Below are positions 1-9,561 of a stretch of 64,000 nt of DNA, piece after piece (the first letter of the stretch is position 1; each line of letters begins with the position of its first letter). The translations under genes were made by a program, and so were the position numbers. The DNA is taken from contig JBGUOH010000003.1 in the NCBI GenBank assembly GCA_045117995.1, positions 32,374 to 96,373 of the forward strand, written 5' to 3'. Origin of the DNA: Bacilli bacterium (GTDB taxonomy: Bacteria; Bacillota_I; Bacilli_A; RFN20; CAG-826). The notes under the pieces were generated by a model. That model was not told the DNA's origin, ran no database searches, and was given only the letters and a program-made list of their open reading frames with translations.

Positions 1-14
1 ATCCATACTTACTG

Positions 15-2348
15 ATGATGATTAATGATTCTAAAAATAAGCATAAAGGAACTGATATCAAGATGGAAATTAACTATAAAGAATTAATCAAAAGATCTCA
101 TTCGTTTAGAAAAGACGAATACATCGATTATTTTTTTAAAAATATAGTTGGAACGGATGAGAAACCTATCTATTGCAAAGAAAACGATTCCACTAAAGAT
201 TATTTTGACATAGCGATTGTTAAAAACTATAAAGAAAAGAAGAGTAAAGTAGGCAATTCTTACATAGGAAAGTATTGGCGCACTTGTATTTTTTACTGCA
301 TTGATAAGGAAGACGCATACGAATACTTAAACACTTCGAACAAAAAGGGCTATTCAATAGATGATGGTATAATTTCTTGGGACACTACTATTGATTTTAA
401 GAAAGAGATGATAAATGAAAGAAGTGCTAAATCGGTAAATTTTAATGTTCTAAAATATTATACAAAAGCTAGATCATCATGGTTTGTTAATTCATATGTT
501 TATTTTGTGTTAATAATATGTGATAAGACATCACCAATTAGTTCAAAGGATTTCTATATTCACTATTGGAACAGAAAATATGCTTTTAAATCAGGGAGTA
601 AATCATCACTTTTTGGAAAGAGTAAAAAGATTGTATTTGTTGAAGATGTTTTGAAGGAATTAGAACTTATTAAAGACAAAAATAAAGATTCTATCGATTG
701 TGTAAGAACCTTTTTCGGAGATTTAAATTTCTTTCCTGAAAACGAAGAAGCTTTTACTGATATCAAAAAAGATATAGATTCAGGAATTCCATATATAATT
801 TGTCAAGGAGCAGCAAGAACGGGGAAAACTATCTTGGCATTTAGATTATTGCGGGAATATCCAGATTTTAAATTATTATTAATGAATTACAACTTTTATG
901 TTTCGCTAAAAGACGCTTTCGGCGTTATTGGGCAACCTTTTCCAAGTGATAGGATTTTTCATCACGATTTAAAACATAAGGGTAATGGCTGTTGGATTAG
1001 TGGTTCAGAGAAAAAATATTTAAATATGAATATATCTCGTCTTATTGTGGATGAAGCTCAAAGATTGGGAACAATGGATGAGGCCAGAACTTTTCATGGG
1101 CGTTATTTATCTCGTCTAGATTCTATTAAAACAATTGTCGACTGCGATGACCACATTCAAACGATATTCTTTGGTGACGATTCTCAAATGCTAAATCCTA
1201 AATACGATAAAGGTATTCATACAATCAAAGAGGCAATTGGTGAAAATGATTACCGTGAGTATTATTTCTCTTCACCGCTAGGCATACCACAAGAGCTTTT
1301 AAGAAATATTCAGTTTTTACTCAACTTTGAAAATTCTGAGCCATACGCTCTAAATAATTTTTCTATTAGTGTAGAAAAGAACTCTATAGATTTTATTAAT
1401 CACTATTTAAATGATGGGCAAACCAAAAAGCATCTAATAGTTCCAATTATTGGTGATATAAAAATGGATGATATCGAAATCGGAGGGATTAACTTCAAAA
1501 ATTTAAAGAGCACTAATTCCTCAAAATATCTTTTTAATAGTGAGATACAAAACCAATATTTTTTAACGGCCTATTCCGTTATTTCTAGAGAAATTGAATC
1601 TGTCTATATTTATATACCGAAATATATTTACTTAGATGACAAAGGGATAATTCAGTCATTTAATGGTCAAAGTAATAGCTTTTTAATGAAACATTTATAC
1701 ACGATTATGACGCGAGCAACAATGTCGCTTGTTATTTGCTGCGAAGATGAAAAGTTGGCAGATTATTTTAATGAAAGAATCATGGCGATGAAATCTGTGA
1801 TTAAAAGTGAAGAAACTGACGAAACATTTACTTTTGATTACGATGTATTCATTGCCTATTTTGGGACCAATAGACCTGACGGTACTTACGAGGAAGCAAA
1901 AGCTGTGTGCGATCTGTTGAAAGAAAAAGGACTAAAAGTATTTTTAAATAACTATTCTTTTATTAGCGAGGATAACAATTTGATGTTTACTGAGACATGG
2001 CATGCTCTAAGTAGAAGTGAAACAATGGTTTTTGTGTTTAATGAAAATGTAGATAAAGACAATCGTGGATTAATCATTAGAGAATTACCAGACGGTAGTG
2101 TAAGTCAAATTTACCGGGAATTATCTGAATTCCAAAATATGATCGATAATGGATTTAGAAAAGCAAAATATGATGCAAAATTCTTTTATTCAGGCCAAAC
2201 GCTAACTAAATTTAATGTTTATCCTTTTCTAAATAAATATTATCCGCCTCTTACTCACGGCAATTCAGATTGTTGTTTTTTAAATAACGAAGAATTGCTA
2301 AATTGGCTTAAAATAAGATTTCCATTTAGAATTGAAGATGATGACTAA
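15..2348 (+). CDS. P-loop NTPase (DUF2075/helicase-related) with C-terminal TIR domain
   Basis: Walker A 'GAARTGKT' and Walker B-like 'LIVDEAQRL' mid-protein; C-terminal 'YDVFIAYFG...KVFL...ETWHALSRSETMVFVF' matches TIR beta-A (DVFISY-like) and a conserved Glu region. 777 aa ORF. Confidence 0.6.
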   Translation: MMINDSKNKHKGTDIKMEINYKELIKRSHSFRKDEYIDYFFKNIVGTDEKPIYCKENDSTKDYFDIAIVKNYKEKKSKVGNSYIGKYWRTCIFYCIDKEDAYEYLNTSNKKGYSIDDGIISWDTTIDFKKEMINERSAKSVNFNVLKYYTKARSSWFVNSYVYFVLIICDKTSPISSKDFYIHYWNRKYAFKSGSKSSLFGKSKKIVFVEDVLKELELIKDKNKDSIDCVRTFFGDLNFFPENEEAFTDIKKDIDSGIPYIICQGAARTGKTILAFRLLREYPDFKLLLMNYNFYVSLKDAFGVIGQPFPSDRIFHHDLKHKGNGCWISGSEKKYLNMNISRLIVDEAQRLGTMDEARTFHGRYLSRLDSIKTIVDCDDHIQTIFFGDDSQMLNPKYDKGIHTIKEAIGENDYREYYFSSPLGIPQELLRNIQFLLNFENSEPYALNNFSISVEKNSIDFINHYLNDGQTKKHLIVPIIGDIKMDDIEIGGINFKNLKSTNSSKYLFNSEIQNQYFLTAYSVISREIESVYIYIPKYIYLDDKGIIQSFNGQSNSFLMKHLYTIMTRATMSLVICCEDEKLADYFNERIMAMKSVIKSEETDETFTFDYDVFIAYFGTNRPDGTYEEAKAVCDLLKEKGLKVFLNNYSFISEDNNLMFTETWHALSRSETMVFVFNENVDKDNRGLIIRELPDGSVSQIYRELSEFQNMIDNGFRKAKYDAKFFYSGQTLTKFNVYPFLNKYYPPLTHGNSDCCFLNNEELLNWLKIRFPFRIEDDD

Positions 2349-2758
2349 ACAACCATATGGATTGGATGAAAGAATGCACATCTGGTGATTATCAAAAGTA
2401 TTATGAAAGAATGCACAAAGATGGATAGTATACGAGAAACTATTTTAAAAGTAATTAAAAATTACTAGTAGACATTTGAACACTGTGATGTGCGCGAAAA
2501 GACATCTTTGCTATTTAAATGGCGTATATGTGCATATAAGCAAAGCCCGTTTTCTAAACCTCTCAAAATTGTGATATCCATAAGCAGATTTAAGAATAGC
2601 TTTTAGCTTATTATTGAGGTCTTTTCTATTGCTATTGTCCGAAAGCTTTCAAATATTGAGTGGTTGCCTGTTTTTGAATGACTATATTAAAATTGAAAGG
2701 CAGTTATTATACGCACGTTAGTAAATGATAATATAGTATCGTATTCATATAACTCATT

Positions 2759-3328
2759 ATGTGTAGCAAAAGAAGAATAAAAGAACTAGCGGATAAGTAT
2801 TCTCCTCTTATTAGTTGGATAATAGAGTCTAACCAAATATATTTAGATATTAATGGTCCTATTAGGTGGGGTTTTAATTGGGATGATGATGTTAGAATAA
2901 CTGCTACTACAAATAGAAAGATAAGTATTATTTTAGTTAACCTTGCTTTTGTGGATGAACAATACCGCAACAAAGAATTGTTTGTAATTGAATATTTTCT
3001 TCTTCATGAAATGAGACATATCTATCAGCATATTCAAATAGCCAAATATAGAGAAGGCAAAAATGATGTTGGTAATCAATATATAGAAAAATGGATTAAA
3101 GAAAACGAAAACTATGAACAATCTGTTGATAAAGGCGGTAGAGAAAACATTAATTATCCAAAACAAGATTGTGAGTTAGATGCATACGCATTTGCATACA
3201 CTGTGATGCATTATAAATATCATGGGATATATGATCATTTCTTATATGTTCCGGAAATATACAAGAACGAATTGAGAGAAGATTTTGAAAAAGCTTTAAA
3301 AGAGTTTATTAAGTATCTAAAAGGTTGA
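2759..3328 (+). CDS. small putative zinc metallopeptidase-like protein (HExxH)
   Basis: 189 aa ORF with 'LLHEMRHIYQH' (HExxH motif); lies between TIR-ATPase gene and 1216-aa gene on same strand. Confidence 0.35.
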   Translation: MCSKRRIKELADKYSPLISWIIESNQIYLDINGPIRWGFNWDDDVRITATTNRKISIILVNLAFVDEQYRNKELFVIEYFLLHEMRHIYQHIQIAKYREGKNDVGNQYIEKWIKENENYEQSVDKGGRENINYPKQDCELDAYAFAYTVMHYKYHGIYDHFLYVPEIYKNELREDFEKALKEFIKYLKG

Positions 3329-3553
3329 TTGCATATCTTAAAAAAGATGTTAAAATCCACTGTGAAAAGTTCTTCTTGTAATCCATTGCGAGATGGATTT
3401 TGATGCTTGTCAACTATATGAATCTGTTGAATGAAGTGGGGTTTTAAAAATCTTGACCCCAATTAACTTAATAGAACCTCTAAAATATAATTTTTATCAT
3501 TGCCCAAAGTAATATGTTACTTACTCTTTGTATTTTTTTTATAAAATAGAGTT

Positions 3554-6500
3554 ATGAATATGAAGTTATTGGACGGAACGATACTAAACAAAATCGTAAG
3601 TTTAAATAGTAAAAAAGCCCAAGTCAAAATCCCTCTTATTTTAAGTATGCTTGTTAGAGAGGATTCTTCGAACGGTGCATATATTAGAATACCAAACAAT
3701 AACGACGTTTCTCTTACAGGCATTGATGGGAAAGTTATTAACAATTCAAATGAGTCACATTTTGTTCCGCTTGGCAACTCTTATTGGGAGATAGGCACTG
3801 GAGAGAAATTTGAAGAGAAAATTTATAATGACTTTCTGAAGAGAAATAATGATAATAATCTCAAAAAAGAAGGTTTTACTTTTGTTTCAATTGCTTGCAC
3901 AAAAGCATCAGAAGCAAAAAAGAATAAATTAATTAAAAAGATTAAGAAAGAATGTAAATTTAAGGATTTTATTATTTACGATTCTACTGATTTGGCAAAT
4001 TGGCTGAGTGAACATATCAACGTTTTACTAAGATTTTATGAATTGTTTGAAGAAACTCCATCTCTTTCTGGAATTGATTTATTGGACACATATTGGTCAA
4101 ATGTGAGCAAGTCCACAAATCCATGTCTTACAAAAGAATTCGTTCTTTATTTTAACGATGGCATTTCTTCAAAAATAGCGAGCGATATAAAAGACAGCTT
4201 ATCCTCTGGAAACATAATTAAACATATTTCTTCTAAGGATTATGGAAAGAAATTTGCACTTTTATTTACATGCGTTTCTATTTTGAAATCCGAGGATGAA
4301 GACCTTATTTGTAGAACGTTGGTTGTTAGGAACCAAGAATGCTTGGATTTTCTACTCACGTCAGCAAAGAACTTGATTTTGTTGTTAGACTTCAATTGCT
4401 TTGATGTGAAACTAGGGCTTGGAATTAACAATACCATCATTGTATTTAGTAACTCAAATGGCGATGATTCAATAAGACGTTTAAACAACAATTCTTTTAC
4501 TAGTGCTGTTGAAAAACTAGGGGTTAGCGAAAGCGAAGCACATAGACTTGCCGTTGAATCTGGCTACAACTATTCTGTTATCATAAGAAGATTGGCTGTA
4601 AATCCTGTTTTAAGAATCCCTTCATGGGCTAGCAACAAGAATAAAAGAGAATTAATTCCTTTAATGCTCTTGGGAACAATAAACACAGGCAATGACGAGT
4701 GCCTTGATATATTAAAAAACATTACATACAGTGATGCTGATAACTATGTTGATGAGCTGATTTTTTGGGGCGAGATGGACGATTCTCCAGTCAGCATAGA
4801 GGGCTCAATATTTGATGCCTGCTCACGTGCAGAACTGTTTGAATTTATCAATATTGATATAAATAACTCAAAACTTAGGTTTCTAGAAAATTATGTGATT
4901 GATGGTGTTGTAAAAAAATCAAAGAATGAATCAGTTTTAATAAATATCATAGATGGATTCATTTATCTAAGTGAAAAAAACTATGCCTGGAAAAATCATT
5001 TTGATAGGTATTTGTATGATCTGTTAAATGAAGTGGAAAAGAATACCAAACTTAAGAAACGTTTTGATTATACCATCTATAAATTATCCAGATTAAATAC
5101 TTCGATCACACTTAGGTATTTAAAAAAGGTGGTTGGTTCTAATGACGAATCAGTTTTAAAAACTATAATCGAAGATGATTCAGTAGAAAAATATAACACA
5201 AATACTTCAAGAGTTTATTTTTTGATGACTCTAGAACAGTGCCTCGTCAAAAAAGAGTTGGTTATTGAAGCCTTAGAAACATTGTTGGATCTTTTTGTTA
5301 GAACAAACAACAAAATAGTCGAAAAAGAGGTTATTAAAGTGTTTTCGCCTATGTCTTCTGCGATAGGATTGACTAATATCTCTTCTAAAAATAAAGCAAA
5401 CATATTATTTTCTTATTTAAACAAAATAGAAGATAATTTAATGTTTTATGAAATCATGAGCAATCTATCTAATGGTGGAGACACATCGTTTGTTATAGGA
5501 GTTAACAGCGACACTATTGACTACGAGCAATATCAACAAACTGTTACATATGATGATGTAGCTTACATTAAGCAAAAATCATCAGACTGGTTGCTAGAAA
5601 ATGCAAAAGAAGACAAAACTAGAGATGCGATTGAAACAGTGTTAGAAGGATTATATGGATGCGATGAAAATGGCTGTCAACATATAATTAAACAGATTGA
5701 AAAATTCATTAACGCCAATCAAAAAGATGATAAAAACCTTGCAATTGCAAACAAAGAATTACTTCGAACTATTAATAGTATTACTAAATATCGCAACAAA
5801 GGGAGTGCTATTAAGGCATACTATGGTGATTTGCAAAGACTTTACGATAAGTCTATTCCTAAGGATCTTATGATAAAGTATCGATATATTTTTGAATCTA
5901 ACGATTTTCCAATCATTAAATCTTCTAGACTAGACAGTGACGATTGGTATGAAAAAGATGAAGAAGAACGAAACAGAATAAGAAAACTGGCGCTTGCTGA
6001 GTTATTTGGCAAATATTCAGAAGATGATGTTATTGATTATCTAATCAATGTTTGCAAAAACTATATTTACTATGTTTGGAATTCTGTTTATGACATTGCT
6101 AAAGATAAAAATAAATGCTTAAAAAAGCTTATCCTCGCAGATAAACCAAGCGCTATCAAGGATTTCTTGTTTAAATATGATATCTGTTCAATAAAAGAAC
6201 TTTTTGAAAATTTGTCTAGTAACGAGCTAAATGTAGTTTGCCGCTGTTTGCCGCTAAGACAAGATATTGTCGATTACATTTCAGACACAGAATATGAAAA
6301 AGTGTTTTGGGAGAATTTGGAATATTTCAGAACAAACGACATATCAGAAGATATTTTGTTTGAGAAGCTACTTAAATACAATCCGATGAGGCTTCTTTCC
6401 CCGTATGCATATCTTATGAAAAGCAAAGATTATAAAAAAGGCATAAGTCTTTTATCTGCTATTGTAGATATTAGCAAGGATAGATTAATAGAAGATGACC

Positions 6501-7204
6501 ACTATGCTCTAGAACACATCGTCAAAGAAATGGATTCTATGTATTTTACAGAAGAACTATCTAATTGCGAAATAGCGCTCTTGCCACACTTAAAACGGAG
6601 TATGAGGGACTATCCACTTGGCATGAAAAGACTTTTTTGGTCTCGTCCAGAAAGATTTGTTGAATTTTTGAAAAATATTTATTCAAAGAAAAATTCTTTT
6701 GAAGAAGAGAGTGTAGGACGATCTATCTATTTTGAACTCGAATTTTCGTTCAGTCATGCGTGCTTTGTTCCAACGGATTATTTATATCAAAAAGCGGATG
6801 AACTCTGTAACTGGGTGGAAGAGATATTGACCAGTTTAAAAAAAGAAGAAAAAGATTTTGCTCGCTTCGCTAAAAAAATCGTGGTTTCTACTTTATCTTG
6901 CTGTCCTTCCACATCGGAATATATTTGGCCGAGCACTGTTATTGCCGACTTGACGGAGAAGATAGCAGAAGATGGCTTTGACGACCCATATGAAGTGAGC
7001 AGAATATTCTATACCTCCTTCATTAATCGAAGAGGTGCTATTTGGGTTGATGATGGGACAGCTGAATTCGAATCTGCGACAAAATATAAAAAGTATGCCG
7101 ATTTTTACAGCGAAACACATAAAATCATTTCTAAAGCTCTTCATTATATTTCAGACAGTTTTCAAACCGATGGAGAGGAATTCAAAAAAAGAAAAAGATT
7201 CTAG
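3554..7204 (+). CDS. large hypothetical protein (1216 aa), no recognisable NTPase motif, mostly helical-looking
   Basis: Uninterrupted 1216-aa ORF with plausible RBS context; no Walker A found by eye; 3' end overlaps by 4 nt the stop of the convergent TOPRIM-like gene. Confidence 0.5.
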   Translation: MNMKLLDGTILNKIVSLNSKKAQVKIPLILSMLVREDSSNGAYIRIPNNNDVSLTGIDGKVINNSNESHFVPLGNSYWEIGTGEKFEEKIYNDFLKRNNDNNLKKEGFTFVSIACTKASEAKKNKLIKKIKKECKFKDFIIYDSTDLANWLSEHINVLLRFYELFEETPSLSGIDLLDTYWSNVSKSTNPCLTKEFVLYFNDGISSKIASDIKDSLSSGNIIKHISSKDYGKKFALLFTCVSILKSEDEDLICRTLVVRNQECLDFLLTSAKNLILLLDFNCFDVKLGLGINNTIIVFSNSNGDDSIRRLNNNSFTSAVEKLGVSESEAHRLAVESGYNYSVIIRRLAVNPVLRIPSWASNKNKRELIPLMLLGTINTGNDECLDILKNITYSDADNYVDELIFWGEMDDSPVSIEGSIFDACSRAELFEFINIDINNSKLRFLENYVIDGVVKKSKNESVLINIIDGFIYLSEKNYAWKNHFDRYLYDLLNEVEKNTKLKKRFDYTIYKLSRLNTSITLRYLKKVVGSNDESVLKTIIEDDSVEKYNTNTSRVYFLMTLEQCLVKKELVIEALETLLDLFVRTNNKIVEKEVIKVFSPMSSAIGLTNISSKNKANILFSYLNKIEDNLMFYEIMSNLSNGGDTSFVIGVNSDTIDYEQYQQTVTYDDVAYIKQKSSDWLLENAKEDKTRDAIETVLEGLYGCDENGCQHIIKQIEKFINANQKDDKNLAIANKELLRTINSITKYRNKGSAIKAYYGDLQRLYDKSIPKDLMIKYRYIFESNDFPIIKSSRLDSDDWYEKDEEERNRIRKLALAELFGKYSEDDVIDYLINVCKNYIYYVWNSVYDIAKDKNKCLKKLILADKPSAIKDFLFKYDICSIKELFENLSSNELNVVCRCLPLRQDIVDYISDTEYEKVFWENLEYFRTNDISEDILFEKLLKYNPMRLLSPYAYLMKSKDYKKGISLLSAIVDISKDRLIEDDHYALEHIVKEMDSMYFTEELSNCEIALLPHLKRSMRDYPLGMKRLFWSRPERFVEFLKNIYSKKNSFEEESVGRSIYFELEFSFSHACFVPTDYLYQKADELCNWVEEILTSLKKEEKDFARFAKKIVVSTLSCCPSTSEYIWPSTVIADLTEKIAEDGFDDPYEVSRIFYTSFINRRGAIWVDDGTAEFESATKYKKYADFYSETHKIISKALHYISDSFQTDGEEFKKRKRF

Positions 7205-7893
7205 TTGTTTTCTAACAGAACCACATACTCTTTCTTCATGTATTCAACATTCTCAAACAACCAAAAGATAACGTTTGAATAAGGCAACAACGAGTTATTG
7301 TCTTTCATAATAAAGTCCCAACTATCTTCAAATGTTTTTACATCTGGTGAAACACCTTTTAACTTTTCTAATAAGGCACCTAAGTTATTAGAATACTTAG
7401 CGAACATCTTTAACGCTAATAGTTTCTTTTGTTTATTGTTTGCGTTTTGAATATTGTCAAAAGCATGTTCTGCATTAGTTGAGACGTAATACAGTTTAAT
7501 CTTTCCACTCTTTAAGATAGTGGCGATGTTGTTTCTCTTGTTCTCTCTTTGCTGCTTTAATGGCTTAGGATTTTCACAAATAATTGATGTAGTAGTGTAC
7601 TTGATATTAGTAACACTATGGTCAACTTGGATTAGACTATCTGATAAGAAGCATCCATCTGTATCAATGATTTGAATAATTTCATCAAAGCTTTCGAAAT
7701 CATAAACCTTTTCCTTGTTCAACACTTCTTTGATATTTGTCTTATATCTATTTGCATACGATTTCTTAGTTAAGATATCGGTTTGAAAAGGAACAATTAC
7801 TAGATTGCTCTTATCAAATAATCCTTGTAGCACAGAAAAACGTTGTCTATCTGTTGCGCCTTCCACTAAAAACAAACAACGTTTCTTATTCAT
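7201..7893 (-). CDS. TOPRIM/OLD-like small nuclease-family protein (DUF4435 AriB-like / RloB-like)
   Basis: N-terminal 'LFLVEGATD' (TOPRIM Glu) and downstream 'IIQIIDTDGCF' (DxD); 230 aa; immediately downstream of AAA_21-type ATPase on same strand. Confidence 0.55.
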   Translation of the reverse strand: MNKKRCLFLVEGATDRQRFSVLQGLFDKSNLVIVPFQTDILTKKSYANRYKTNIKEVLNKEKVYDFESFDEIIQIIDTDGCFLSDSLIQVDHSVTNIKYTTTSIICENPKPLKQQRENKRNNIATILKSGKIKLYYVSTNAEHAFDNIQNANNKQKKLLALKMFAKYSNNLGALLEKLKGVSPDVKTFEDSWDFIMKDNNSLLPYSNVIFWLFENVEYMKKEYVVLLENN

Positions 7894-7900
7894 ATATCCG

Positions 7901-9277
7901 TTAATCTCCTAAATATAAAGCATTAATCATTTCTTCGGTTCTGACGGCATCATATAATTTCTTGTCGGATTCTTCGAAGTTGATTAAATACTTATAGTAC
8001 ATATCTCTTAAATTATTGGATTCTCTGACTTTATTGATCTGCACGAAAGCATCATTTCTATCAGTTGTAGTGAAGAAGAAATTCTTGTAATCAACCTTTT
8101 CTAAGATTCGCATATTGTGAGAATTAAATATTAATTGCCCCTTAGCGAAATTAGCAAAAGCATAAACCATTTCTCCTAGTAAGTATTCAAAAATGCCGCT
8201 ATCAAGTTCATCGATGACAATTAGGCATCCTTCATGATTAAAAGCATCAATGAAACCACTTAAGATAGATAAAATCTTTTTAATGCCATTAGATTCTAAA
8301 GATAAAGGAATTGGAGCGTCGTCACCTCTTTTGGAAACAAGAATGAATTGAACGCTCTTTGAATATTCTCTTTCTATTTCTGAATTAAGGATATGGAAAT
8401 CCAGTTTATAATTTGGTATTAATGACGGGATTACTTTGTTAATTTGATTAACAATTTTCTTAAATGAATTAAATTGATCGATTGTTAACACGGTTGGTGC
8501 AAAAGGCACAAATATGTCGCTAACAATTGGCATTTCCGTATTTGATTGCATTACTCTAAATCTCATACCGACATTTTGGTTGTCGTTAAAGTAGCTTAAG
8601 GAGTAGATGGCGAATTTGTAAGATGCAAAAGCCGACAAACTTAAGCAAATGATTTTGAAGTCTTCGTTGATATTTTTTGCTTTAGAAATAATGTCGATTG
8701 TTTTTCTGTTAAACAAAGACGAAAGAGGAGCTTGAGTATTTATATTGGATTTTGTTTCAATTCCAATAGTAAAGGAGTAGATGGCTCTTTCTTTGTCATT
8801 TAAAGCGTTGGCAAAAACGCCATTAAGTGAATTAGGACTATTGAACAAATAATAATTATTCTTTCTAGGCTCTTTTTTGCTGAAGAATGAAACTTTCTCC
8901 TTTTTGATATAAGAGGTAAGTCTATCATTTGATCCTAATTCGATAAGGTAATTAACATAAAATGTATTGTCGTTGCTATCAATTAAAAAATCGGCTTCAA
9001 CAGCGCAGCTATTTTCTCCGTTTGTGATGTAATTAGGATTGAATGAAAATAGTGGCGTTCCACACAAAATGTGTTGCAAGATTCTAAGCGCATCAACGGT
9101 TGTGGTTTTACCGCTGCCATTTTGTCCATAAATGCCTATAACAGAACCAAAGTCGTCATCTGAAAAATCTCCTCTTTCCAACTTTTTTTGTTCGGGAAAA
9201 AAGATTTCTCCGTTTTTAACGTTCTTGATGTTTTGAACTTTTAATCTTTCTAGTCTGACAGTTCCTAAATTGCTCAT
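7901..9277 (-). CDS. AAA_21/ABC-type ATPase (AriA/AbiLi/OLD-ATPase-like)
   Basis: Walker A 'GIYGQNGSGKTT', Walker B 'LIVIDELDSGI', H-loop-like 'FNSHNM' near C-terminus; 458 aa. Confidence 0.65.
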   Translation of the reverse strand: MSNLGTVRLERLKVQNIKNVKNGEIFFPEQKKLERGDFSDDDFGSVIGIYGQNGSGKTTTVDALRILQHILCGTPLFSFNPNYITNGENSCAVEADFLIDSNDNTFYVNYLIELGSNDRLTSYIKKEKVSFFSKKEPRKNNYYLFNSPNSLNGVFANALNDKERAIYSFTIGIETKSNINTQAPLSSLFNRKTIDIISKAKNINEDFKIICLSLSAFASYKFAIYSLSYFNDNQNVGMRFRVMQSNTEMPIVSDIFVPFAPTVLTIDQFNSFKKIVNQINKVIPSLIPNYKLDFHILNSEIEREYSKSVQFILVSKRGDDAPIPLSLESNGIKKILSILSGFIDAFNHEGCLIVIDELDSGIFEYLLGEMVYAFANFAKGQLIFNSHNMRILEKVDYKNFFFTTTDRNDAFVQINKVRESNNLRDMYYKYLINFEESDKKLYDAVRTEEMINALYLGD

Positions 9278-9561
9278 AATTGCTCCCTCTACATTTAAAT
9301 CTTATCATGTTCTATATAAAAAACAATAAAAAGCGTATAAAAAATACACATTTTTCTAAATAGACTAAAAAAATGAAGAGATACTTTATAAGTAAAGTAT
9401 AACTTGTTTCTAAAATATAAATGAGATTAAATATTCTGTAATTTAATACATTCCTCTATTATTTTCCTAAATACGTGCTATGATAGGGCTAGACCATCAT
9501 ATACGTATAATTTGAATCAAATATTAGAAATTGGTTCCAGGGAGTTTTTTAAATATACATT

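Noticed and set aside
7199-7204. Possible programmed overlap or gene fusion at the convergent 4-nt stop overlap between the 1216-aa gene and the TOPRIM gene
   Set aside because: It is simply overlapping stop codons (ctag read as TAG on both strands) and shows no frameshift signal. It is noted only as evidence of tight packing.
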